A DNA stretch of 64,000 bases, taken from Candidatus Aminicenantes bacterium (GTDB taxonomy: Bacteria > Acidobacteriota > Aminicenantia > Aminicenantales > JAFGBC01). Positions 9,151 through 18,568 of the stretch are shown piece by piece (the stretch's first letter is position 1; each line of letters begins with the position of its first letter). Location of the stretch: NCBI GenBank assembly GCA_963702005.1, contig OY969696.1:2144001-2208000 (forward strand). Direction: 5' to 3'. The notes beneath the pieces are model-generated. The model saw only the letters and a list, made by a program, of their open reading frames with translations. It ran no database searches and was not told the DNA's origin. Both the position numbers and the translations under genes were made by a program.

Positions 9151-10059
9151 ATGGCCGAACCGGAATCCGTCTTTCGCTTCGGCCATGAGGCCATGTCCAC
9201 CGCTTTCGAGATCTTCGCGGCCGGCCCTGACGAAGATGACCTCCGTCAAGCGGCTCAGGCCGCTTTCCGGGAGATCGACCGAATCGAGCGGATCTTGAGC
9301 CGGTTCGATCCCGGGAGCGACATCGGGCGAATCAATAGACTCCGTCCGGGCGAATCCCTCCGGATCGGGGTCGAGACCGTCGAGTGTCTGACGGCGGCCG
9401 AGGATGTCCGCCTGGAGACGGCCGGTGCTTTTGATATCCGTTTCCGGTCTCTGATAAAATACGGCTGGGAGATCGGGCCCTCCGGCGGAGGGTTCGAGTT
9501 CCGCCTCCGGGAAGCCGAGACGCCAGAGGGTAAGCCCTCTCAAGCTCCGCTCGAGCTCGACTTAGGCGGAATCGGGAAGGGCTATGCCCTGGAAAAGGCC
9601 TGCGCCGTCCTGTCCGAATGGGGCGTCGAGCGGGCCCTCGTCCATGGCGGGACGAGCACGGCCTTCGGGCTCGGAGCCGGCCCCGAGCCGGACGGCCGTT
9701 CGAAGGGATGGCCGGTGGGCGTCGCCGGACCCTGGGCGGGGCCGGGCGTCCCGCGGAGCGTCCTCCTCGCGGATATCGCTTTGAGCGGATCAGGGACAGA
9801 GGTCAAGGGCGCCCATATTCTGGACCCGAGGACGGGCGAGCCCGCCCGGGGGCATATTGCAGCCTGGGCCGCCCATCCTTCGGCCGCCGTCGCGGACGCC
9901 CTCTCGACGGCCTTCATGGTCATGGCGACGGCCGAGGTCGAAGCACTCTGCCGGCGCCGGCCGGAGGTTTGGGCGCTGGTCGTCGCGGACGGAGGGTGCG
10001 TGATGATTTTCAACCGGGAGGCGCTCCCGGAAGCGGATGTCGAGCGCATGATCCCATGA
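9151..10059 (+). CDS. apbE: FAD:protein FMN transferase (ApbE family)
   Basis: AMST, LSRFDPGSDI, DLGGIGKGY, HILDPRTG and ADALSTA motifs. Confidence 0.9.
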   Translation: MAEPESVFRFGHEAMSTAFEIFAAGPDEDDLRQAAQAAFREIDRIERILSRFDPGSDIGRINRLRPGESLRIGVETVECLTAAEDVRLETAGAFDIRFRSLIKYGWEIGPSGGGFEFRLREAETPEGKPSQAPLELDLGGIGKGYALEKACAVLSEWGVERALVHGGTSTAFGLGAGPEPDGRSKGWPVGVAGPWAGPGVPRSVLLADIALSGSGTEVKGAHILDPRTGEPARGHIAAWAAHPSAAVADALSTAFMVMATAEVEALCRRRPEVWALVVADGGCVMIFNREALPEADVERMIP

Positions 10060-10073
10060 TGAAGGAGTCAGAC

Positions 10074-10760
10074 ATGATGAAGAAACTGCTGTTCGGGACC
10101 GCCGCCGCGGCCATCCTGGCCGCCGGAGCCCTGGCCTTCGCCGCCGCTCAAGCCCAGGACCAGGACAAGGTCGAGCTCAAGCTCCAGCTCCCCAAACCCA
10201 TGTTCATCGGGACGCCCCGGAACATCCGGACGCCGAACCTGGAGCCAGTAACGGGGAGGCCGCGCGGGCCGGTTTTCGTCCCCAAGGGGACGGTCCTCCT
10301 ATCGCTCCACAAACCCGTTACCTCGAGCGACATGCAGCCCGTCATCGGCGAGCTGAGCTTCGTCACGGACGGCGAGAAGTCGGGCGAGGACGGCTACTTC
10401 GTCGAGCTCGGCCCGGCCAAGCAGTGGGTTCAGATCGACCTCAAGGGAACCTACACCCTGAGCGCCATCCTCGTCTGGCACTACCACAGCCAGGCCCGCG
10501 TCTATCGGGATGTCGTCGTCCAGGTCGCCGAAGACAAGGATTTCGTGAGCGGAGTCCAGCCGCTCTTTAACAACGACCACGACAATTCCTCGGGGCTGGG
10601 CGCCGGCAAGGACAAGGAATACATCGAAACGAACGAAGGCCGCTTCATCGATCCCAAAGGGGCCAAGGGCCGTTATATTCGACTCTACAGCAGCGGCAAT
10701 ACCTCGAACGACATGAATCACTATGTGGAGGTCGAGGTCTACGGCCTCCCCGTCAAATGA
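10074..10760 (+). CDS. Secreted discoidin / F5/8 type C domain protein
   Basis: Signal peptide MMKKLLFGTAAAAILAAG; WVQIDL, GRYIRLY, YVEVEVYG; AAGGAG RBS. Confidence 0.8.
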   Translation: MMKKLLFGTAAAAILAAGALAFAAAQAQDQDKVELKLQLPKPMFIGTPRNIRTPNLEPVTGRPRGPVFVPKGTVLLSLHKPVTSSDMQPVIGELSFVTDGEKSGEDGYFVELGPAKQWVQIDLKGTYTLSAILVWHYHSQARVYRDVVVQVAEDKDFVSGVQPLFNNDHDNSSGLGAGKDKEYIETNEGRFIDPKGAKGRYIRLYSSGNTSNDMNHYVEVEVYGLPVK

Positions 10761-12244
10761 AACGGACGGTTTTCGTCGGCGGGCTCGGGCTCATTGTCCT
10801 GGGCGGCCTTCTCCTCCGGACGGCCGACCTGGGCCTCAGGCCCATGCATCCCGACGAGGCCAACCAGGCCGTCAAATTCGGCGCCCTCCTCGAGAAAGGG
10901 GAGTACCGCTATGATCCCGCCGAGCATCATGGCCCGACCCTCTACTATCTAACCCTGCCGGTGGCCCGGCTGGCGGGGCGGTCGACCCTGGCCGCGCTCG
11001 ATGAACGGACGCTGCGGCTCGTCCCGGCCTTGTTCGGGGCGGCCGCCGTGCTCTTGCTGGCCCTGTTCGGGAAGGCCATGGACCGGCGCGCCATTCTCGC
11101 CGCGGCCTTATTTGCGGCCGTCTCGCCGGTTCTCGTCTATTACAGCCGGTTCTATATCCAGGAGACGCTCCTGATGGCCTTCGTCGTCGGATTCCTCGCC
11201 TCGCTCTGGCGGGCATCGGCCCGGCCGTCGGCCGGCTGGGCCGCAGCGGCGGGCCTGTTCGCAGGGCTCATGTTCGCCAGCAAGGAAACGGCGGTCATCC
11301 TATTCGCGGCGGCCGGGATTGCGCTCGTGGTTCTCAGGCCTTGGAGAGAGCGGGGCCCGCGCCAAGCCCTAGCCGGGCTCGCCGCGTTCGCGGTCACCGC
11401 CGGGCTCTTTTTTTCATCCTTCCTCCGTTATCCGAAAGGGATCGTCGATTCCTTCCTCAGCTTCGCGAGTTATTTCCAGAAAGCGGGGGAGCCGGGTTTC
11501 CACGTCCAACCCTGGCATTATTATCTCGAGCTGCTGGCCTTTTTCCGCGAGGGACGGGGGCCGGTCTGGACTGAAGCCCTCATCCTGATCCTGGCCGTCG
11601 CCGGGGGAGCCGCCGCTTTTGCCCTCAGGAAACGGAAGTCGTCCGGACTGATGCGCTTCATCGCCTTGTACACCCTCGTCGCGACGGCCGTTTTTTCGTT
11701 TATCCCATATAAGACGCCCTGGAACCTGCTCCCTTTTTACGCGGGATTCGTCATCCTGGCCGGGGAGGGGGCGGTCGTCCTCATCGAGTTGTTGCGGGGA
11801 CGGGCGGCCCGGGTTGCGGCCGCGGTCGTCTTGATCGCCGGCGCCGGCCATCTCGGCCTCGAGAGCTACCGGGCGAGCTTCGTCTATCATTCGGACCCGC
11901 GCAATCCCTGGGTCTATGCCCAAACCGTGCCCGACATCCTGAGGCTCGTTCGCCGGGTCGAAAAACTCAGCCTGGCCCGTCCCGAGGGGAAGGACGTGCT
12001 GATCAAGGTCGTGGCCGACCCTTCGGAGACCTGGCCCTTGCCCTGGTATCTGAGAAGTTTCCGGATGGTTGGGTACTGGACCAAAGCGGAGGACGCCGGG
12101 GGATTCGAGGGCGTCCCCGTCGTCATCTGTTCGGTCGAAGCGGCCGAAAAACTCGGCTCCCTTTTCGAGGACGCTTATCAAACCGAATACTTCGGGCTGC
12201 GTCCCGGCGTTCTTCTCATACTCGGATTCAGATCCCGCTTATAG
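10757..12244 (+). CDS. TIGR03663-like polytopic GT-C membrane glycosyltransferase (Agl23/GT39-like)
   Basis: RPMHPDEANQA, YRYDPAEHHGPTLYY, YYSRFYIQE, SKET, PYKTPW; many TM helices. Confidence 0.8.
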   Translation: MKRTVFVGGLGLIVLGGLLLRTADLGLRPMHPDEANQAVKFGALLEKGEYRYDPAEHHGPTLYYLTLPVARLAGRSTLAALDERTLRLVPALFGAAAVLLLALFGKAMDRRAILAAALFAAVSPVLVYYSRFYIQETLLMAFVVGFLASLWRASARPSAGWAAAAGLFAGLMFASKETAVILFAAAGIALVVLRPWRERGPRQALAGLAAFAVTAGLFFSSFLRYPKGIVDSFLSFASYFQKAGEPGFHVQPWHYYLELLAFFREGRGPVWTEALILILAVAGGAAAFALRKRKSSGLMRFIALYTLVATAVFSFIPYKTPWNLLPFYAGFVILAGEGAVVLIELLRGRAARVAAAVVLIAGAGHLGLESYRASFVYHSDPRNPWVYAQTVPDILRLVRRVEKLSLARPEGKDVLIKVVADPSETWPLPWYLRSFRMVGYWTKAEDAGGFEGVPVVICSVEAAEKLGSLFEDAYQTEYFGLRPGVLLILGFRSRL

Positions 12245-12262
12245 CTCGCCGATAACAAAGAG

Positions 12263-15200
12263 CTATTTTTTGTGATAGTTGGGGTAGGGGGGATGATCCG
12301 GGATGACGACGGGATTCTTTTTCAGCGCCTCCAGCGTCACCTGAACGGCCTTTTCGAGCTGGGGATCACGGCCGGCGGCGACGGAGGCGGGGTCGTTCTC
12401 CACCTCGATGTCGGGCGCGATGCCGCGGTTCTCCACCTCCCATTCGCCCTTCAGGCCGTAGATGGCCACCCGGGGAGCGGTCACAAAGCCGCCGTCCAGA
12501 AGGACAGGATAACCATAGATGCCGACCAGCCCTCCCCAGGTGCGCGTCCCGACCAAGGGGCCGATTTTATCCTGCTTGAACATCCAGGGAAGCGCGTCGC
12601 CGCCCGAGCCCGACATTTCATTGATGATCATCGTCTTGGGGCCGTAGATCTGCGCCAGGGGCGAGCAGAATTTCTCGCCCTCCCGGGTGACGCTGCAATT
12701 ACGCAGGGGACGGCTGAGAAGGTCGATAATGTAGTCGGCGATTTCACCGCCGTGGTTGTAGCGTTCGTCGATGACGGCGGCCTGCTTGCCGACCTGGGCG
12801 AAGTAGAAACGGTTGAAATTCTGGTAGCCGCCGACGGCCGTATCCGGCACGTGGACATAGGCGATCTTCCCGCCGCTCAGCTCATCCACCCGGCGGCGGT
12901 TGTCTTCCTCCCAAGCGCGGTTGCGCAGGGGGAATTCCGACTCGACCGGGATGACCGTGATTTCGCGCGAGTCTCGGCCGTCCGGATTCACGCCCACCTT
13001 GATCTTGACCTGTTTTCCGGCCGTGTTCTCCAAGAAGCCGTGCACGTCCGCCGGCGGGCGAACGGCCGCTCCGTTGATCTCCAGGAGATATTCGCCCGGC
13101 TTCACTTCCGCGCCGGGCTGCGTCAGGGGGGCGCGCAGCTCGGGATTCCAATTTTCGCCGCTGTAGATCCGCGCGAAGCGGTAACGCCCGTTCTCGATCG
13201 TGTAATCGGCGCCGAGCAGTCCGCCCTTGACCCTCTTCGCCGGGGGAAGGTCGCCCCCGAACACGAACATGTGGCCGATGGTGACCTCTCCGAGCATCTC
13301 TTCGAACAGATAATTGAGGTCGGCGCGGCCGCCCAAGCCCTTCAGGTACGGCGCATACTTCGTCTCGGCGGCGGCCAGATCCAGGCCGTGATGGTTCGGG
13401 TCATACAGGAAATCGCGCTGGATGCGCCAGACTTCATGGTACATCTGGTTCCAGCCGAGGCGCGGATCGACAGCGACCTCCATCGAACCGAGGTTGAGGG
13501 CGCCCTCGCCGGGCTTGGGCGCGGGCGGGCCGGAGGCGATAAACCAGCCGGGGCCCTGCCGGTAGAGGACCTTGTCTCCGCTGAACGAAACGACGAAGGC
13601 GGAGATTCCGCCCAGGAAGGGCTCGGTTTTGCGGGTGCTCAGGTCGAAGCTGGAGACGGTCAGCGGCGCGGGTTCGGTCAACGAGGGAACGGAAGGGATT
13701 TCGCTGAGGAAGAGCGTTCCCGCTTTGCCGGCGTCCAGACGGACGTAGTTCGCGGCCTTGATCGGCAGGGCCAGGATGCGCTGGCCGATGCCGTCGAGAT
13801 CGATCGTGACCTTGACGGCCTCTTCCTTCTTCTCCCCCTCTTTCCCCTTAGGGCTCTGCTCGGCCTTCGCGGCCTCTTTGGCCTTCTCGCCTTCCTTAGC
13901 CTTCTCGGCTTCCTTGGCTTTGTCCGGGGCCTTTTCCTCGTCGCTTTGCGGCTCGACCGGCGAGGGATCTCCCTTCTTCAACACGACCGCATAAATGCTG
14001 CGCGAAACGGGGCGCTGGTAGCTGGAAAGGTCGAGCCAGCCGACCGAAAGGCCGACGTCGGTGCTGGCCGCGAAGAACAGGGTCTTTCCGCCCTTGTCGA
14101 AGACGGGCATGCGCGCATCGCTCAAGCCGTCCGTGATCGGAGCGCTCTTCCCGGTTTCCAGCGAGAACAGGAACAGGCTGCGCAGGTGGTTGGGCAGGCA
14201 GCGGGAATAGACGATCCAGCGGCTGTCCGGCGACCAGGCCGGATCGAGGCCGTAGGTCGGATCTTCAAAAAGATCCTCGTCTACCTTCAGCGGCGCTCCC
14301 TTCTCGACGTCCAAGCACCAAAGATTCAGCCGCTTGTCGGTGTAGGCGATTTTCTTGCTGTCCGGCGACCAGCGCGGGCTGTAGAAGAACGACGGGGGAT
14401 CGCCCAGGCTGATCTTTTTCACCGGGCCGAGGCCGGACTGCGGGATCAGATGGAGCGCGTACTCTCCCGACTCGTCGGAAAAGCAGGCGATCCAGTTGCC
14501 GTCGGGCGACCAGGCCGGATCGCGCTCGGCGACCCCCGGCGTCCGGGTCAGGTTCCGGATGTCGCCCTTGGCGGCCGGCACCGTCAGGATCTCGCCGTAG
14601 GCTTCAAACAGGGCGCGCGCCCCCGACGGCGAGATCGCGGCGTTGACGATCTTCTCTCCGACATTTTCAAAGTGAGGCCGTGTCGAGGGCAGGTCGGCCG
14701 AAATCCGGATGTCGACGGGCCGGGACTTGCCGGTCTCCGGCTCGAACAGATAAATCCCGCCGAACTGCTCGTAGACGAGAGCATCGGGTCCGGCCGAGAG
14801 CGACTTGAAGTCCAGGCCGCCGTTGGCGACGAGCTGTTTGACGGTCTTGGATTTGGTCTCGTAGCCGAACAGCGTCACCGGTCCGTTGCGATCCGACAAA
14901 AAATAGATCGTGTCGCCCCGCCAGACCGGGTTCGAGTCATTGGAGTTGTCGCGCGGTATCTTCTCGAGGCTCAGGTCCTTGAGCCTCACGATATAAATCG
15001 GAGTGGTCTGGCCGCCCCGATAACGCTTCCAGGCGTTTTGCCATTTCAGGTTCGGGACGTAGGCGATCCGTGAGGCGTCGGGAGAAAAAGAACCTTCTTC
15101 GGCCCGCCACATGGGCAGGGCTTCCGGCCAGCCTCCACCGACCGGAATCGTGTAGAAACGATCGAAGTCGGCGTAGGCTTCCCGATCCGAACGAAAGAGC

Positions 15201-15565
15201 ACCCGCTCGCCGTCCGGCGTCCAGCCGACGGCGACGTCGGCGCCCGGATGCCAGGTGAGCCGCCGGGGCGCGCCGCCGGCCGCGGGCATGACGAAGACGT
15301 CGACGTTTCCGTCGTATTCGGCGGTGAAGGCCAGCCGCTGTCCGTCGGGCGAAAAGATCGCGCCCCTTTCGCGGCCGCCCGTCGTCAACTGGCGGGCCTG
15401 GCCGCCTTCACGCGAAACGCTCCATAAGTATCCTCCGTAGTTGAAGACGATCTCGGTTTTGCTCAGGGTCGGAGACTGAACGAGCAAGCGGGCATCGTCC
15501 GCCGCGGAAGCGGCCCCCAGACAGAGCGCGAATATGAAAAGAGCCATTACGAATCGAACGCGCAT
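12263..15565 (-). CDS. Tricorn-type S41 peptidase (beta-propellers + PDZ)
   Basis: PD40-like SPDG repeats, WKRYRGG, IDERYNHGG, SGSGGD catalytic region, GTRTWGGLVG, ENRGIAPD. Confidence 0.95.
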   Translation of the reverse strand: MRVRFVMALFIFALCLGAASAADDARLLVQSPTLSKTEIVFNYGGYLWSVSREGGQARQLTTGGRERGAIFSPDGQRLAFTAEYDGNVDVFVMPAAGGAPRRLTWHPGADVAVGWTPDGERVLFRSDREAYADFDRFYTIPVGGGWPEALPMWRAEEGSFSPDASRIAYVPNLKWQNAWKRYRGGQTTPIYIVRLKDLSLEKIPRDNSNDSNPVWRGDTIYFLSDRNGPVTLFGYETKSKTVKQLVANGGLDFKSLSAGPDALVYEQFGGIYLFEPETGKSRPVDIRISADLPSTRPHFENVGEKIVNAAISPSGARALFEAYGEILTVPAAKGDIRNLTRTPGVAERDPAWSPDGNWIACFSDESGEYALHLIPQSGLGPVKKISLGDPPSFFYSPRWSPDSKKIAYTDKRLNLWCLDVEKGAPLKVDEDLFEDPTYGLDPAWSPDSRWIVYSRCLPNHLRSLFLFSLETGKSAPITDGLSDARMPVFDKGGKTLFFAASTDVGLSVGWLDLSSYQRPVSRSIYAVVLKKGDPSPVEPQSDEEKAPDKAKEAEKAKEGEKAKEAAKAEQSPKGKEGEKKEEAVKVTIDLDGIGQRILALPIKAANYVRLDAGKAGTLFLSEIPSVPSLTEPAPLTVSSFDLSTRKTEPFLGGISAFVVSFSGDKVLYRQGPGWFIASGPPAPKPGEGALNLGSMEVAVDPRLGWNQMYHEVWRIQRDFLYDPNHHGLDLAAAETKYAPYLKGLGGRADLNYLFEEMLGEVTIGHMFVFGGDLPPAKRVKGGLLGADYTIENGRYRFARIYSGENWNPELRAPLTQPGAEVKPGEYLLEINGAAVRPPADVHGFLENTAGKQVKIKVGVNPDGRDSREITVIPVESEFPLRNRAWEEDNRRRVDELSGGKIAYVHVPDTAVGGYQNFNRFYFAQVGKQAAVIDERYNHGGEIADYIIDLLSRPLRNCSVTREGEKFCSPLAQIYGPKTMIINEMSGSGGDALPWMFKQDKIGPLVGTRTWGGLVGIYGYPVLLDGGFVTAPRVAIYGLKGEWEVENRGIAPDIEVENDPASVAAGRDPQLEKAVQVTLEALKKNPVVIPDHPPYPNYHKK

Positions 15566-15611
15566 GATTTCTCCTTGTCGGGAATGGGATATCCCTTAGT
15601 CATCGTTTGAA

Positions 15612-15641
15612 ATCCTACTCCTTGACTCTGGAATCTGTCAA
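15612..15641 (-). promoter_or_regulatory. Putative sigma70 promoter for the tricorn gene
   Basis: Minus strand TTGACA-N18-TAGGAT. Confidence 0.4.
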
Positions 15642-15733
15642 GACGATGAGATCCTCAATCCAAGCTCCTATCCCTACCATTTTTTTAGTATACTTAAGGG
15701 GCAATGAGAAGGGACACGAAAGGAGTCAGGACT

Positions 15734-17149
15734 ATGTCCGGAACCGCAATCGATAATCTGTTGAAGAATATGTCCGGTGTCGTCGCCAAAACGAAGAGCG
15801 GACTCAAGGTCGAGGATGAGACCGGCCTGCGCGGCCGGATGGACGTGCTTATTTTCGATGCCGTATTCGGCGACGATGAGACCAGGGCGGCCGCCCGCTG
15901 GATCGTGTGGGAGGCGGCCCAGGCCCTCGGCATCCGGCCGGCCTCGATCCAGGACCTCTACCTGGCCCGTGGCCGGGGGGCGGTCGACCGGGTCTTCACC
16001 GTTCCGGCCATAAACCTCCGGATGCTGGCCTACGATTCGGCCCGGGCCGTGTTCCGGGCCGCCCGCGCGCTCGAGGCCGGGGCCCTCATTTTCGAGATCG
16101 CCCGGAGCGAGATCGGCTACACCGACCAGCGGCCGGCCGAATACGCGACGGCCCTCCTGGCCGCGGCTGTCAAGGAGGGAGTCCGAGGCCCCGTCTTCAT
16201 CCAGGGCGACCACTTCCAGACGTCGGCCAAGAAGTACGCAGCCGCGGCCGAGAACGAGCTCAAGGCCATCCGCGACCTTATCCTCGAGGCCCTGGCGGCC
16301 GGGTTCTACAACATCGACATCGACACCTCGACCTTGGTCGACCTCTCCAAACCGACGCTGGCCGAACAGCAGGCGCTCAACTACGGCCTTTGCGCCGAGT
16401 TCACCCGCTTCATCCGGGAGCACGAGCCGAAGGGGATCACAGTTTCGGTCGGCGGCGAGATCGGCGAGGTCGGCCAAAAGAACTCGACGCCCGAGGACCT
16501 CGACGCCTTCATGGCCGGCTACCGGAAGAGCGTCGGCGGCCTCGCCGGCATCAGCAAGATCAGCGTCCAGACCGGGACGAGCCACGGCGGGGTCGTCCTC
16601 CCCGATGGCACGTTGGCCAAGGTCGCCATCGACTTCGAGGTCCTGCGCGTTCTGAGCGAGAACGCGCGCAAGAAATATGGGATGGGGGGAGCCGTCCAGC
16701 ACGGAGCGAGCACGCTCCCCGACTCGGCCTTCCACAAGTTCGTCGAGGCGGGTGCCTGCGAAGTCCATCTGGCGACGGCGTTTCAGACTCTGATCATGGA
16801 CCACGAGGCGACGCCCGAGGCCCTGCGCGGGGAGATCCATGATTGGCTCCGGGCCCACGCCGCCGACGAGCGCAAGCCCTCAGACACCGAGGCCCAGTTC
16901 CTTTACAAAGCGCGCAAGAAGGCGATCGGCCCTTTCAAAAAACAGTTTTGGTCGCTGCCGGAAAGCGGCCGGGCGGCGATCGGGGCCGGCCTCGAGAAAC
17001 AGTTCCGGTTCCTGTTCGAGCAACTGGGGATCGCCGGGACGGCGGGCATCGTCGCCGAGTTCGTCCGGGCGCCCGAGGTCCATCAGGCGGTCCCGGCCGG
17101 CGGGGTCCAGAAGGTCAAAAAAGAATCCGTCCACGGCCTGGCCGACTGA
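15734..17149 (+). CDS. Class II fructose/tagatose-bisphosphate aldolase family protein
   Basis: VPAINLR, FIQGDH, GGEIGEVG, GTSHGG and VQHGAS metal-binding motifs. Confidence 0.85.
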   Translation: MSGTAIDNLLKNMSGVVAKTKSGLKVEDETGLRGRMDVLIFDAVFGDDETRAAARWIVWEAAQALGIRPASIQDLYLARGRGAVDRVFTVPAINLRMLAYDSARAVFRAARALEAGALIFEIARSEIGYTDQRPAEYATALLAAAVKEGVRGPVFIQGDHFQTSAKKYAAAAENELKAIRDLILEALAAGFYNIDIDTSTLVDLSKPTLAEQQALNYGLCAEFTRFIREHEPKGITVSVGGEIGEVGQKNSTPEDLDAFMAGYRKSVGGLAGISKISVQTGTSHGGVVLPDGTLAKVAIDFEVLRVLSENARKKYGMGGAVQHGASTLPDSAFHKFVEAGACEVHLATAFQTLIMDHEATPEALRGEIHDWLRAHAADERKPSDTEAQFLYKARKKAIGPFKKQFWSLPESGRAAIGAGLEKQFRFLFEQLGIAGTAGIVAEFVRAPEVHQAVPAGGVQKVKKESVHGLAD

Positions 17150-17200
17150 ACGGATTCCAATAAAGCCCGCCCGGGCGGGCCGCTAACTGAAGGAGGGAAC

Positions 17201-17512
17201 ATGAACCGGTCTTTTCGGATCGCATTGGCGGTGGTCGTCCTATGTCTGATGCTGGCGAGCCTGAGCTGCGCTCCCGGCCCGAACGATATGGAAAAGACGG
17301 CAGACCGCGAGGGCCGGACGGCGGGTTTCCTGAGGGGGATCTGGCACGGCTTGATCTCGCCGATCACCTTCGTCATCTCGCTCTTCAGCAGGAACGTCCG
17401 CTTCTACGAGGTCCACAACAATGGCTCCTGGTACAACTTCGGTTTCGTCCTGGGCGCGGGCCTTTTCCTGAGCGGAGGCATCCTGGGCCGGAAGCGAGGC
17501 TGGAAACGCTGA
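17201..17512 (+). CDS. Small membrane lipoprotein, hypothetical
   Basis: Lipobox-like LASLSC, GFLRGIWHG, YEVHNNGSWYNFGF; AAGGAGG RBS. Confidence 0.8.
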   Translation: MNRSFRIALAVVVLCLMLASLSCAPGPNDMEKTADREGRTAGFLRGIWHGLISPITFVISLFSRNVRFYEVHNNGSWYNFGFVLGAGLFLSGGILGRKRGWKR

Positions 17513-17525
17513 ACCGGATATTTTC

Positions 17526-18248
17526 TTAGAACCGCTTCGAGGTGTAGCGGTCCAGGGCTTTCTTGAGGTCGTCGACGGCGGACGGCGTCTTGAGGGCTTT
17601 ATCGAAAAAGATGTCCGGAGGCTGGAGGTTACGGCCGTAGAACGCCTGGTCGGCGTCCTCGTCGACCTTTAAGCTGGCCCCTTTGATGGAGATGCCCGCG
17701 AACAATCCCTTGCTCTTGGAGTAGGAATAGATCTCGGCCTTCATCTCCCAATCGGTGCTGGCCTCGGCCGAACGTCCGACCGGCCCGGCCGCGACGCCGA
17801 CGTCGGCCCCCAGCGTGAGGTCTCCCTTGACGACGTTGTCGATGCCCCGCCGTGTCTTGAAGACGAGGATGACGTCGGCCTTCTGGACGCCGATCTGCCA
17901 GCCGATGCTCCCGCCGATCAGGGAGATGAAGACGGGGTTCGACCATTCGCCCCGATCGTTCTTGACGACGATCAGGCCCCGGCCGTACTGGCCTCCGAAT
18001 CCGTAGGCGGCTTTGATGACGCCGGGGATGATGGCCAAACCATAACATTTGTCGAGAAGCGCCGAGGGAAGCCCCTCCTCAGGGATGTCGACGAGCTCCC
18101 CGAGGACCCGGATGGATTCGGCGATCCGCTCGCCCCCCGGGGAATCGGCGACTCCGGCCGGAGCCGGCCGGGCCGGGAGCGCGAGGCCGGTCGAGCCGAA
18201 CGCCGCTATCGCCAGAATAACAATCAAACGACGTGTCTGTTTGATCAT
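17526..18248 (-). CDS. Lipid-binding SYLF (Ysc84-like) domain protein
   Basis: GFGGQYGRG, GGSIGWQIG, VAAGPVGR, YSYSKSKGLFAG; signal peptide. Confidence 0.9.
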   Translation of the reverse strand: MIKQTRRLIVILAIAAFGSTGLALPARPAPAGVADSPGGERIAESIRVLGELVDIPEEGLPSALLDKCYGLAIIPGVIKAAYGFGGQYGRGLIVVKNDRGEWSNPVFISLIGGSIGWQIGVQKADVILVFKTRRGIDNVVKGDLTLGADVGVAAGPVGRSAEASTDWEMKAEIYSYSKSKGLFAGISIKGASLKVDEDADQAFYGRNLQPPDIFFDKALKTPSAVDDLKKALDRYTSKRF

Positions 18249-18344
18249 GGTATTCTCCTCGCCTGAAACGTTCATCTTAACATATATACGGCTAAAAATA
18301 GCTGGAGTTTGAGAACGAGAGAGCTGACCCGTTCGCCGACGCCA

Positions 18345-18452
18345 CCCCGCCCTAGAAGGCGGGGCTAAAAATCGGAGCCCCGCCTTTCAAGGCGGGGATG
18401 AGAGCGAGGCTCAGGGTTAATCATGAACAAGCCCCGGCCTTCAGGCCGGGGA
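18345..18452. repeat. Cluster of three IS200/IS605-end-like or REP-like hairpins, the first inverted
   Basis: CCCCGCC-ctagaa-GGCGGGG (18345-18364), CCCCGCC-tttcaa-GGCGGGG (18378-18397) and AGCCCCGGCC-ttca-GGCCGGGG (about 18430-18451). Confidence 0.7.
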
Positions 18453-18517
18453 GTCGATGATTTGACTATAGGTCGCCTTGGCGCGGCTGGCCGCTTGGCC
18501 TCATGAGAAATATTAAG

Positions 18518-18545
18518 GGGCGGCCCTCACGGCGAGAGCCGCCCT
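18518..18545 (-). terminator. Possible terminator hairpin downstream of the Trx-TPR gene
   Basis: GGGCGGC...GCCGCCC stem, followed on the minus strand by the AT-rich TTAATATTT. Confidence 0.45.
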
Positions 18546-18568
18546 GATCGATTCGAGTCAGACGGAAG

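Noticed and set aside
13820-13940. Short tandem GCCTT-type repeats in the tricorn gene
   Set aside because: They encode the Lys/Glu/Ala low-complexity linker typical of bacterial tricorn proteases.
12272-15073. 933-aa plus-strand ORF, and similar long antisense ORFs (e.g. 6621-8315, 21502-23184, 29121-30578, 61715-63298)
   Set aside because: They are exact antisense shadows of well-supported genes, expected from GC-rich codon bias, and carry no recognisable motifs.
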